Origin: Candidatus Saccharimonadota bacterium
GTDB lineage: Bacteria; Patescibacteriota; Saccharimonadia; Saccharimonadales; JACDBH01
Assembly (NCBI GenBank): GCA_028289135.1
Contig: JAQGGW010000005.1
Location: forward strand, 2,941-66,940
Direction of reading: 5' to 3'
Length of the DNA stretch: 64,000 nt
The notes below the pieces were generated by a model that ran no database searches, had not been told where the DNA came from, and saw only the letters and a list, made by a program, of their open reading frames with translations. Of this stretch, positions 46,836-54,164 are shown one piece after another (position 1 is the first letter of the stretch; every line of letters starts with the position of its first letter). The position numbers and the translations under genes were made by a program.

Positions 46836-47219
46836 ATGTTGAGTATTTCTGACGATGAATTTTCCAAACTCATAGGTGAATGTATGGACGAGCTGCCAGA
46901 ACAATATGTTTTGGGGATGAAAAATGTGCTTGTTACATATGAGGATGATCCTTCGGAAGAACAGCGCCGTAAACAAAAGCTCCAGGCTTACCAAACTCTT
47001 TTTGGGCTGTATGAAGGCGTGCCATTGACCAAGCGTAACGCTGGCTATCAGTTTGTATTACCAGACAGAATTACGATTTTTAAAAACCCGATTTTGCAGC
47101 AGTCGGCGGACATGGTGCAGCTTAAAGCCAAGGTAAAGCACACGCTTTGGCACGAGATTGCTCATTACTACGGCTTGGATCATGACCGGATTCATGAGAT
47201 TGAGCGTAATTGGCAATAG
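46836..47219 (+). CDS. Zincin-like metallopeptidase family protein (DUF1025-type)
   Basis: 127 aa with a C-terminal HEIAHYYG motif. Confidence 0.75.
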   Translation: MLSISDDEFSKLIGECMDELPEQYVLGMKNVLVTYEDDPSEEQRRKQKLQAYQTLFGLYEGVPLTKRNAGYQFVLPDRITIFKNPILQQSADMVQLKAKVKHTLWHEIAHYYGLDHDRIHEIERNWQ

Positions 47220-47237
47220 CCGGCGTACAATAAACAT

Positions 47238-48008
47238 ATGCTCTTAGCTATGTTTTTGGCGGCCGTCGGATTGAATCTTATTTTGTTTGTGCCGGCTTAT
47301 AGGTACAAGACTGATAAACTTACTGATATCTCCTATGCACTGTCTTTTGTTGTGCTCATTACGCTGGCGCTGGGCCAAAGCCGTTTTAAATGGGAAGATT
47401 TTTTGCTGGCGTTGATGATTTTCTGGTGGGTGGTGCGATTGGGCGGATTTTTGCTATTTCGTATCTGGAAAAAGGGCAAAGATAAGCGATTTGACGGCAT
47501 GCGTGAAAACCCCGTGAAATTTTTGCGTTTTTGGTTTTTTCAGGGAGTTACAGTTTTTGTTGTGTTGATCGGCGCGCTGGAATTTATGCATACAAACCGT
47601 CCGGTTTTTAACGTGCTCTCGGCCATTGGATTAGTTATATTTCTAAAAGGCTTAATAATCGAAGCGGTAGCGGATCTCCAAAAGTGGCAATTCTCCCAAG
47701 ACCCTAAAAACAAAGGTAAATGGATTGAAGCTGGGCTGTGGGGCATGTCGCGCCACCCGAACTATTTAGGCGAAATGCTGGTGTGGCTTGGGGTTTATCT
47801 ATATATTCTGCCAAGCCTGCATGGTTTGCAGTGGCTGATCGCGCTCATAAGCCCGGCCTATATTATTATTTTGCTAATGTATGTTAGCGGCATTCCGATC
47901 CTAGAAAAGTCAGCCGACAAAAAATGGGGGAGTAATAAAGATTACAACGCTTACAAAAAACGTGTGCCATTATTAGTGCCATGGACAAATCAACTTCGCA
48001 GCAAATAA
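47238..48008 (+). CDS. DUF1295 membrane protein (steroid 5-alpha-reductase / ICMT-like superfamily)
   Basis: 256 aa, polytopic, with the GLWGMSRHPNYLGE motif. Confidence 0.8.
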   Translation: MLLAMFLAAVGLNLILFVPAYRYKTDKLTDISYALSFVVLITLALGQSRFKWEDFLLALMIFWWVVRLGGFLLFRIWKKGKDKRFDGMRENPVKFLRFWFFQGVTVFVVLIGALEFMHTNRPVFNVLSAIGLVIFLKGLIIEAVADLQKWQFSQDPKNKGKWIEAGLWGMSRHPNYLGEMLVWLGVYLYILPSLHGLQWLIALISPAYIIILLMYVSGIPILEKSADKKWGSNKDYNAYKKRVPLLVPWTNQLRSK

Positions 48009-48271
48009 CATTTATAGACAAAGCTTTTAAGAATAAAGATGGCCATTTTGCCATCTGGCAAATGCCTAACATTCCACTATTCACCTGGCTGATAGCAACT
48101 ATTCTCGCAAAAGTTGTACAGAACGGTAAAACGCATGATTTGGTTACGACTGCCGCATTTGGCGCGCTGTTTGCATGGGCTCTAATGGAAATATTAACTG
48201 GGGTTAATTATTTTAGGCGGATACTTGGTTTAGTAGTACTGGTTATGTTGATTTTAAGTAAGGTAAAATAA
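47981..48271 (+). CDS. Hypothetical small membrane protein
   Basis: 96 aa with three hydrophobic segments. It overlaps the upstream gene by 28 nt. Confidence 0.5.
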   Translation: MDKSTSQQITFIDKAFKNKDGHFAIWQMPNIPLFTWLIATILAKVVQNGKTHDLVTTAAFGALFAWALMEILTGVNYFRRILGLVVLVMLILSKVK

Positions 48272-48330
48272 ACAATACCGCTTGTGTATTGCACCTTTTC
48301 CGGGGTATTATGCTCAGGCACATTAATTAA

Positions 48331-48460
48331 CGAACGTATCAAGAGCGCAGCGAGAGATCTAGCTTTACGACCTGCCGGCAACCACCTATGTATTTCTTTT
48401 ATATAGCGAAGGTGCTCCCTCTAGCCTTGGCGAATGCCGAAGGAAAGATGTAACCGTTTT
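48331..48460 (+). promoter_or_regulatory. SAM-I (S-box) riboswitch aptamer
   Basis: TATCAAGAG...GAGAGA...GGCAACC...GAAGGTGCT...GAAAGATG core elements appear in the canonical order, directly upstream of metK. Confidence 0.85.
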
Positions 48461-48471
48461 AGACATAAAAC

Positions 48472-48524
48472 AAACTCCTTTTCTGACGCAGGCGCTAGGC
48501 CGATACAAAAAGGAGTTTTATTTT
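48472..48524 (+). terminator. Riboswitch expression platform: a hairpin that contains the metK RBS and is followed by a T-run
   Basis: 11-bp stem AAACTCCTTTT (48472-82) / AAAAGGAGTTT (48508-18), then TTATTTT and the ATG at 48525. The AGGAG RBS lies in the 3' arm. Confidence 0.6.
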
Positions 48525-49493
48525 ATGTCAAACTACAAATCAGCCGAGAGTGTTTCACCAAAACACCCAGACAAATTGTGTGATCAAGTTTCGGATGCAA
48601 TCTTGGACGCATACTTGGCAGTAGATCCAAAGTCCCGCGTTGCTGTCGAAACCATGGGCGGGCACGGCAAGGTATGGATTGTCGGCGAAGTTACATCCAC
48701 AGCCGAAATTGACGTGGCGCCAATCGTAAAGCGTATTTGTGGGGATATCGAACTAGAAGTCCGTTTAGTCCACCAAAGCCCAGAAATCTCCCAGGGTGTT
48801 GATACTGGCGGTGCTGGTGACCAAGGAATCATGGTTGGCTATGCATGCAACCAAACCCCACAACTTTTGCCACTAGAAACCGTTCTTTCGCGACTTTTAA
48901 ACCAGCATTTGTATAAACTCTTTCCATTTGACGGCAAAACCCAAGTAACTCTTAAAGACGGCATTATCCAATCTGTTGTGAGCAGTTTCCAAAACGCTCC
49001 AAACAGCGAACTTGAAGCAGCGGTTAAAGATTGGTTGGCAACTGAGCCACTTGCCAAAAGCGAAGCCGACGTTAAGCTGCACATTAACCCAGCGGGGGAA
49101 TGGAACCAAGGCGGTTTTGACGCCGACACCGGCCTAACAGGCCGCAAGCTGGTCGTGGACAACTACGGCCCAAGCATTCCAATTGGCGGCGGCTGCTTTA
49201 GCGGCAAAGATCCAAGCAAAGTTGACCGCTCTGCAGCATATATGGCGCGCCGCATTGCTGTTGACTACCTTAAGAAAAAGAACGCAAAAGAAGTATTTTG
49301 CTACCTTGCATACGCAATTGGTTATGCCGAACCTCTAGAAGCAACCGTTATCATCGACGGTGTGCCAGAAGTGATTGAAGGCTACGACCTAACGCCAAAC
49401 GGCATCATTAAGTTTTTAGACCTGCGCAAACCACAATACGAAGAAACTGCCCAATACGGCCACTTTGGCCACGCCCGCGCTTGGGACAATTAG
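48525..49493 (+). CDS. metK: S-adenosylmethionine synthetase, compact form (322 aa)
   Basis: SESVS.KHPDK, GAGDQG, GLTGRK..VD.YG and GG.FSGKDPSKVDRSAAY motifs. Confidence 0.93.
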   Translation: MSNYKSAESVSPKHPDKLCDQVSDAILDAYLAVDPKSRVAVETMGGHGKVWIVGEVTSTAEIDVAPIVKRICGDIELEVRLVHQSPEISQGVDTGGAGDQGIMVGYACNQTPQLLPLETVLSRLLNQHLYKLFPFDGKTQVTLKDGIIQSVVSSFQNAPNSELEAAVKDWLATEPLAKSEADVKLHINPAGEWNQGGFDADTGLTGRKLVVDNYGPSIPIGGGCFSGKDPSKVDRSAAYMARRIAVDYLKKKNAKEVFCYLAYAIGYAEPLEATVIIDGVPEVIEGYDLTPNGIIKFLDLRKPQYEETAQYGHFGHARAWDN

Positions 49494-49560
49494 TTTTTGC
49501 TGGTTTTTTAAGCACAAATCAAACTCGCTTAAGCTGTAAGTTGACGGTATTATAGGTGCA

Positions 49561-50556
49561 ATGATCAAAACTTTTGTTTTATGTATTTTGGGGGTAGGGA
49601 TTATTTACCTGCTCCAGCAATGGCTGCGGTTAAAGATAAACGGCAAAAGCCAGGTTGATAATAAAGCCGGTCTGTTGTTGGCGTTTTACACCCGCGGCAA
49701 TGCCATTTTTCGGCTTGTTAGCGGCGAACAAAACGGCACCAGCTTTAAGATTTTTGAAACTGCACCCGACCCATATGCTTCCAGCCAGCTGTCAACTCTT
49801 ACACCCGGGGCGGTAATTTATGCAATTGACCTGGACTTTAACACCCAGGCGCACATTATTGGCGTTGGCAAAACCAGCCCAGGAGACAACATTGGAGTCA
49901 AGCAGGCGCTGCATGATTTTGACATGGAAAAAGTGGATCTAGAGGGCGATTTTAGTCAGTATTTTGATGTGTTTTGCGCGCTGGGCCAGCAGGTGCAGAC
50001 CCGCTATGTGCTAAACCCAAAAGGCATGCAGGATTTTATAAAATACATTCAGAACAACTGCTGGGAAATTGTTGGCGACCAAATGTATGTAGTGGGCCAG
50101 CTGCTGGATGCATTAGCAGGCGCTGATATTATCGAAGACAGCAGCGTGTTTATAAAGTCCATCAGCCCAAGCATTAAAAGTTCAATCCCAGGTGGCGACC
50201 CGGTGCACCACGAAAAGGCCTACGGCGAATACGACGGGCCTGTTTTAAACTGTCCAATCTGTAGCAAACCTATGACTTTAACAAACAACATTCACCTGTG
50301 TCCTGAAGGCCACGGTGTGCTAATAAATGGTCGTGAACTTTTGGATATACACGCTGGTAAACTAGATTTTGTGATTAATAATCCAAATCCTCAAGCGCAC
50401 AGTTCTTTAACCTGCCCGTTCTGCAAAAACACCTTGATTGCATCTAACTACTTAGAAGGCAAAACGGTGATTGATTCGTGCCCGCACTGCGCGTTCCGCT
50501 GGCTGGACGCGGATGAAGTCCAGGCCGTCATGCCGCCCACAAAAATAACAAAATAG
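49561..50556 (+). CDS. Membrane-anchored protein with two C-terminal zinc-ribbon modules
   Basis: N-terminal TM helix. CPICSKPM...CPEGHG and CPFCKNTL...CPHCAFRWLDADEV resemble the TFIIB-type zinc ribbon (C..C ... C..C.G.WLD..E). Confidence 0.65.
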   Translation: MIKTFVLCILGVGIIYLLQQWLRLKINGKSQVDNKAGLLLAFYTRGNAIFRLVSGEQNGTSFKIFETAPDPYASSQLSTLTPGAVIYAIDLDFNTQAHIIGVGKTSPGDNIGVKQALHDFDMEKVDLEGDFSQYFDVFCALGQQVQTRYVLNPKGMQDFIKYIQNNCWEIVGDQMYVVGQLLDALAGADIIEDSSVFIKSISPSIKSSIPGGDPVHHEKAYGEYDGPVLNCPICSKPMTLTNNIHLCPEGHGVLINGRELLDIHAGKLDFVINNPNPQAHSSLTCPFCKNTLIASNYLEGKTVIDSCPHCAFRWLDADEVQAVMPPTKITK

Positions 50557-50611
50557 TAAAATATATATTTTTATTGTATAATAAATACAATCTTAAAACT
50601 GGAGTAATAAA

Positions 50612-50908
50612 GTGGATACTACTAATTCATCACCTGCACTGCAGGGCGGCCTGCATTATTGCGATATTTGCCGCCAGCCAGGCAATGTGCGCTATCTGCT
50701 TTTAACGCAAAGAACCGGCATGTTAGTAAGCCGCGAAACCAGAACTTTCCGCGGAAATATGTGCCAAGACTGCGCAGCAAGGCTGCATAAAAAAGTCCAG
50801 ATCCACAACCTGTTTTTGGCATGGTGGGGGACTATTAGTTTTTGCTTGGCGCCATTTACGTTGATTGCTAATACCGCTCGGTACGTTCAGTTTAGACGTT
50901 CTCTATAA
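50612..50908 (+). CDS. Small zinc-ribbon protein with a C-terminal TM helix (GTG start)
   Basis: 98 aa with CDIC...CQDC and a hydrophobic C-terminus. Confidence 0.5.
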   Translation: MDTTNSSPALQGGLHYCDICRQPGNVRYLLLTQRTGMLVSRETRTFRGNMCQDCAARLHKKVQIHNLFLAWWGTISFCLAPFTLIANTARYVQFRRSL

Positions 50909-51689
50909 GTTGATAGTAAGCTTGTTTACGACGATCACCATGTTTAGTTAAGCGATTGCCAATATTAACAAAAAACTGCGCGTATTCAAGGTTGGTAAAA
51001 ATTGGTTCTGTACTGTCGGTTTCTTTTAAGACCATAAGTTCGTATATGGCATCCATATGACTATCGTATGCTTCTGTGGCAGGATAGTTAGCCGCTGTAA
51101 GGGTTTCGTTAATTACCGAATGTCTTAGTGTGTCTATTGGCAAACGAATTGGGCGTGCCCAAAATGTGCCGCCTTCCTTTGTTTGGCTTAATGCACGCTC
51201 CATTGCTGCCAATGGGTCACCAAACCAACGAAGTCCAAGCTGGGAAAACACGATATCAAATCTTTCATCTGGCCTGACTACGCGTTCCCAGAAGTCTGCA
51301 TTACCTACACGTAGGTCAACGCCGCTTGCTCTAATGCGATTAAGCTGGCCAGGTTTTAGCAGCCCAGCCGGATGGCCTGTTATACCCACCACTGCAACAT
51401 CATCTCCAAATTTTTCTTTGAGCTGTATCATTTGAGTGCAGGCACCAGCTCCAATATCAAGCACGGAAACTTGCTGGCCGCCATTAAATTCGAGTGCCTC
51501 ACTCACTAAGGTTACGGAGTTTACATCAGGGTCGCCAATTTGCTCATATAACTCTTCTTCGCCCTTGTGTGTATAGCGTTTATACTGCAGGGAAGATGCT
51601 TCAGCGGCGTAGCCTTTATGTAGCATTGTAATAAGTCCCGGCACATCACCGCGGCGTTGGTCTAAAAATAACTGTACCTGAGCACTCAT
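50892..51689 (-). CDS. Class I SAM-dependent methyltransferase
   Basis: Motif I VLDIGAGAC; 265 aa. Confidence 0.8.
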   Translation of the reverse strand: MSAQVQLFLDQRRGDVPGLITMLHKGYAAEASSLQYKRYTHKGEEELYEQIGDPDVNSVTLVSEALEFNGGQQVSVLDIGAGACTQMIQLKEKFGDDVAVVGITGHPAGLLKPGQLNRIRASGVDLRVGNADFWERVVRPDERFDIVFSQLGLRWFGDPLAAMERALSQTKEGGTFWARPIRLPIDTLRHSVINETLTAANYPATEAYDSHMDAIYELMVLKETDSTEPIFTNLEYAQFFVNIGNRLTKHGDRRKQAYYQLIENV

Positions 51690-52608
51690 TAGTATATATT
51701 ATAACATTAAAATAATTAGACGACAAACACCACGAATACCGGAGTACTCGTGGTTAATGTGTTCTCTTTGTGCGCGTAAAGGTGCAATGTCTCATTAGGA
51801 GGAGAACATATTGTCTCGGGCCATGCCCGCGCACTAGCTATGGTTTCGTATGCATACGGCCGTATGTACGATGTTTTGCATTATTGTTTGATAACAGCTC
51901 TTTATACTCTGTACGTCCCAAGGCTTAATGCGCCTGAATGAGGGATCTTTACACGTTCTTGCTAGGCAAAAAGGAGCGTATCATTTGTTTTCAGCAAACA
52001 GGTGCCGGGTAGGCGGTGGACCGCACCATGCTGCCATTCCATCCAGTGGCCGTTCCAGATTTCTCCAGATTGGCTTAGAAGGTCAAGCGAGCACCATGCG
52101 ACCGGACCGCATCGGCCACCCTCCGCAGTCTTCTTATAGCAAAAGACTTGGGTGGTTTCACATAATCATGATTTTTTGTCACCCGCACACCTGGTTTTGA
52201 TTATTGCCCGATGCGCATACCTCTCTCGAGGCGATCCTGCGGCTTTAGTCCTGCGTAGCGGCTTATTAAGCTACTAACCGGCATCTGCCTGCTGCTAAAA
52301 CATTTGTGATACGGCTATTTTGCGCTTTTGCTCTCCGATGCTCCCTCGATGTATTTCTGTATACACCTTCGGTCCGCTTCTCGAGCAAAAGCACAAACTA
52401 GCTCGTTCAAAATGTTTTAGACATACGTCTGCAAAAGACGTAAAAACGAAAATTTCTTAAATTATTTATATTTAAACTATTGTAGAAGAGAATACGTTTG
52501 TAGCTCCAGTGTAGCACAGATTATTGATTTTGTCAAGAGCAATCTTCTTTATAGTGCTTTTGTTTAGTCAACATTTATGGTTTATAGTGGTCATCCAAAG
52601 AGGTAATT
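51690..52608. other. Unassigned ~0.9-kb interval without a credible ORF; candidate large structured RNA or decayed sequence
   Basis: The only ORF of 60 aa or more (51928-52200) has non-protein-like composition. Many strong local helices, for example 51731-51756 and the 10-bp stem 52324-33/52383-92. Confidence 0.5.
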
Positions 52609-52611
52609 ATG
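52601..52611 (+). repeat. Left copy of an 11-nt direct repeat, AGGTAATTATG
   Basis: Identical 11-mer at 63248-63258. It overlaps the radC RBS and start codon. Confidence 0.3.
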
Positions 52612-53256
52612 AAGATATCAGAACTTGAGTTAATAGATCGCCCGCGCGAAAAACTTGCAGCAAAAGGTGTGAAGAATTTGTCGGACTTTGAGTTGCTCCA
52701 GTTAATTATCGGGAGCGGCGTATTTGGGGCAGATGTAACAGTTATTGCAAAAGAAATTAAAAAACTTCTAGATAAATATGGTTATTTAGTTACCCTAGAT
52801 CAGCTGAAGGATATTAAAGGCGTCAGCCTTGCAAGCGCAAGTAAAATTCTTGCTACTTTTGAACTAAGTCAGCGATATACAGTGCAAGATGGGGTTCAAG
52901 TTAAATCCGTTGAAGATGTTTTGCCGCTCTTAAGCTACATAAGAGATAAAAAGCAGGAATATTTTGTTTGCATAACACTCGATGGTGCAAATAGAGTTAT
53001 TGCAACTCGCACTATTACAATTGGCACACTTACTAATTCGCTAGTCCATCCGCGTGAAGTTTTTGCCGACGCTATAACTGATCGTGCGGCGAGCATAATA
53101 ATTGCCCATAATCATCCAGGTGGAAGCCTGAACCCAAGTGACGCAGATGACGATGTCACCATAAGCATAAAATCTGCAGGAAGCATTCTTGGCATTCAAC
53201 TTTTAGATCATCTTATAATTACGAAGCTTGACTACAAAAGCATTATAAATGGTTAA
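52609..53256 (+). CDS. radC: RadC-like JAB/MPN domain protein
   Basis: 215 aa with the HNHPGG JAMM motif and an N-terminal HhH-like region. Confidence 0.88.
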   Translation: MKISELELIDRPREKLAAKGVKNLSDFELLQLIIGSGVFGADVTVIAKEIKKLLDKYGYLVTLDQLKDIKGVSLASASKILATFELSQRYTVQDGVQVKSVEDVLPLLSYIRDKKQEYFVCITLDGANRVIATRTITIGTLTNSLVHPREVFADAITDRAASIIIAHNHPGGSLNPSDADDDVTISIKSAGSILGIQLLDHLIITKLDYKSIING

Positions 53257-53300
53257 ATCATAAGCTATATTACACTGTCAAAAAGTGTTATAATTAAAGC

Positions 53301-53495
53301 ATGAAAGCGCCATCCAGCACTCGTAGAAAGAAAGCAGTTTCTGCTGCTGTTTGGTCTGTTAAAGCAGAGGGCCTTCGGCCTACAAAGGCAGCCTCAAAGA
53401 GCCTTGGATCTTACGCATCAGGCAAAATCTCTGCCAAACAATTACGTGCGGAAACAGCACGCAACGTAAAGAACCTGCTTCGAACATCCAAATAG
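53301..53495 (+). CDS. VbhA-type antitoxin of the Fic toxin
   Basis: 64 aa containing SVKAEG, which fits the (S/T)xxxE(G/N) inhibitory motif. Its stop lies 1 nt before the fic ATG. Confidence 0.75.
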   Translation: MKAPSSTRRKKAVSAAVWSVKAEGLRPTKAASKSLGSYASGKISAKQLRAETARNVKNLLRTSK

Positions 53496-53496
53496 T

Positions 53497-54117
53497 ATGG
53501 CCTATATAATAAAGAACGATCCGTATATTGATCCGGAGTTTGGGGTGCTGCGCAACAAATTGGGTATTATTAGTCAGAAAACTCTCGATGAGGTGGAATT
53601 TACAATTACTTCAACTGAGATCGCGATTTTAGAAGAGAATATTATTAGGGGTGAATTCGATTTAAATCATTTAAAAGCAGTGCACAAAAAGATATTTGGT
53701 GATCTGTATGAGTGGGCTGGCGAAATACGGACAGTGGATATGGGCAAAGATGATACGCTTTTTGCTCATGCAGAATATATTGTGCCGAGTGCAAATGTAT
53801 TATTTGCAGAACTCAAAAATGAAAATTTTTTAAAGGGTCTTAAAAATCCAGAATTTGTAGAGCGGTTTGCGCACTATTATTCTGAAGTTAACATCCTGCA
53901 TCCTTTTCGGGAGGGCAATGGCCGAGCCCAGCGAGCGTTCTTTACACTTTTGGCAAGATATTCTGGCTGGCACGTAGCATGGGACCAAATGATTCAGGAC
54001 GACAATATAGCCGCTAGTGTTGCGGCATATAATGGCGACGAAGAGCCATTGGTTGAGATTTTACTTCCTTTGTTCGAATGGGTAGATGAGGACTATTGGA
54101 ATCTTGGCTTGGCATAG
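53497..54117 (+). CDS. fic: Fic-domain protein (AMPylase-type toxin)
   Basis: Intact HPFREGNGRAQR active-site motif; 206 aa. Confidence 0.9.
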   Translation: MAYIIKNDPYIDPEFGVLRNKLGIISQKTLDEVEFTITSTEIAILEENIIRGEFDLNHLKAVHKKIFGDLYEWAGEIRTVDMGKDDTLFAHAEYIVPSANVLFAELKNENFLKGLKNPEFVERFAHYYSEVNILHPFREGNGRAQRAFFTLLARYSGWHVAWDQMIQDDNIAASVAAYNGDEEPLVEILLPLFEWVDEDYWNLGLA

Positions 54118-54164
54118 TAATGAGTTCCACTATAGGGGTGAAGAGAGTATAATTCTCAGTAAGT

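Noticed and set aside
51944-51958. A 9-mer, ATGAGGGAT, shared with the tRNA-Gln 3' region (35774) as a possible distal att site
   Set aside because: About 0.5 chance occurrences of a 9-mer are expected in 64 kb. The interval it would define (35.8-51.9 kb) is full of core genes (rarA, typA, metK, tsaC).
51928-52200. 90-aa plus-strand ORF in the 0.9-kb gap
   Set aside because: It has no RBS, its composition is not protein-like (runs of R/G/H/P/S), and it overlaps the most helix-rich part of the interval.
51690-52608. RNase P RNA, tmRNA, SRP RNA or an ORF-less group II intron as explanations for the gap
   Set aside because: RNase P: there is no GGAAAGUCC (P4) element on either strand, and the weak matches (GGUGCGGU..CACCGC, GCGGAGGG) are in no consistent order. 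tmRNA: the minus strand has AGCTTAATAA like the end of a tag ORF, but the frame reads ...GRCRLVA and there is no T-arm or CCA end. SRP: the minus strand has AGCAGCAGGCAGATG, resembling E. coli 4.5S AGCAGCCAAGGCAGAUG, but no GNRA-capped helix precedes it. Group II intron: GTGCG strings exist, but no domain V hairpin could be built.
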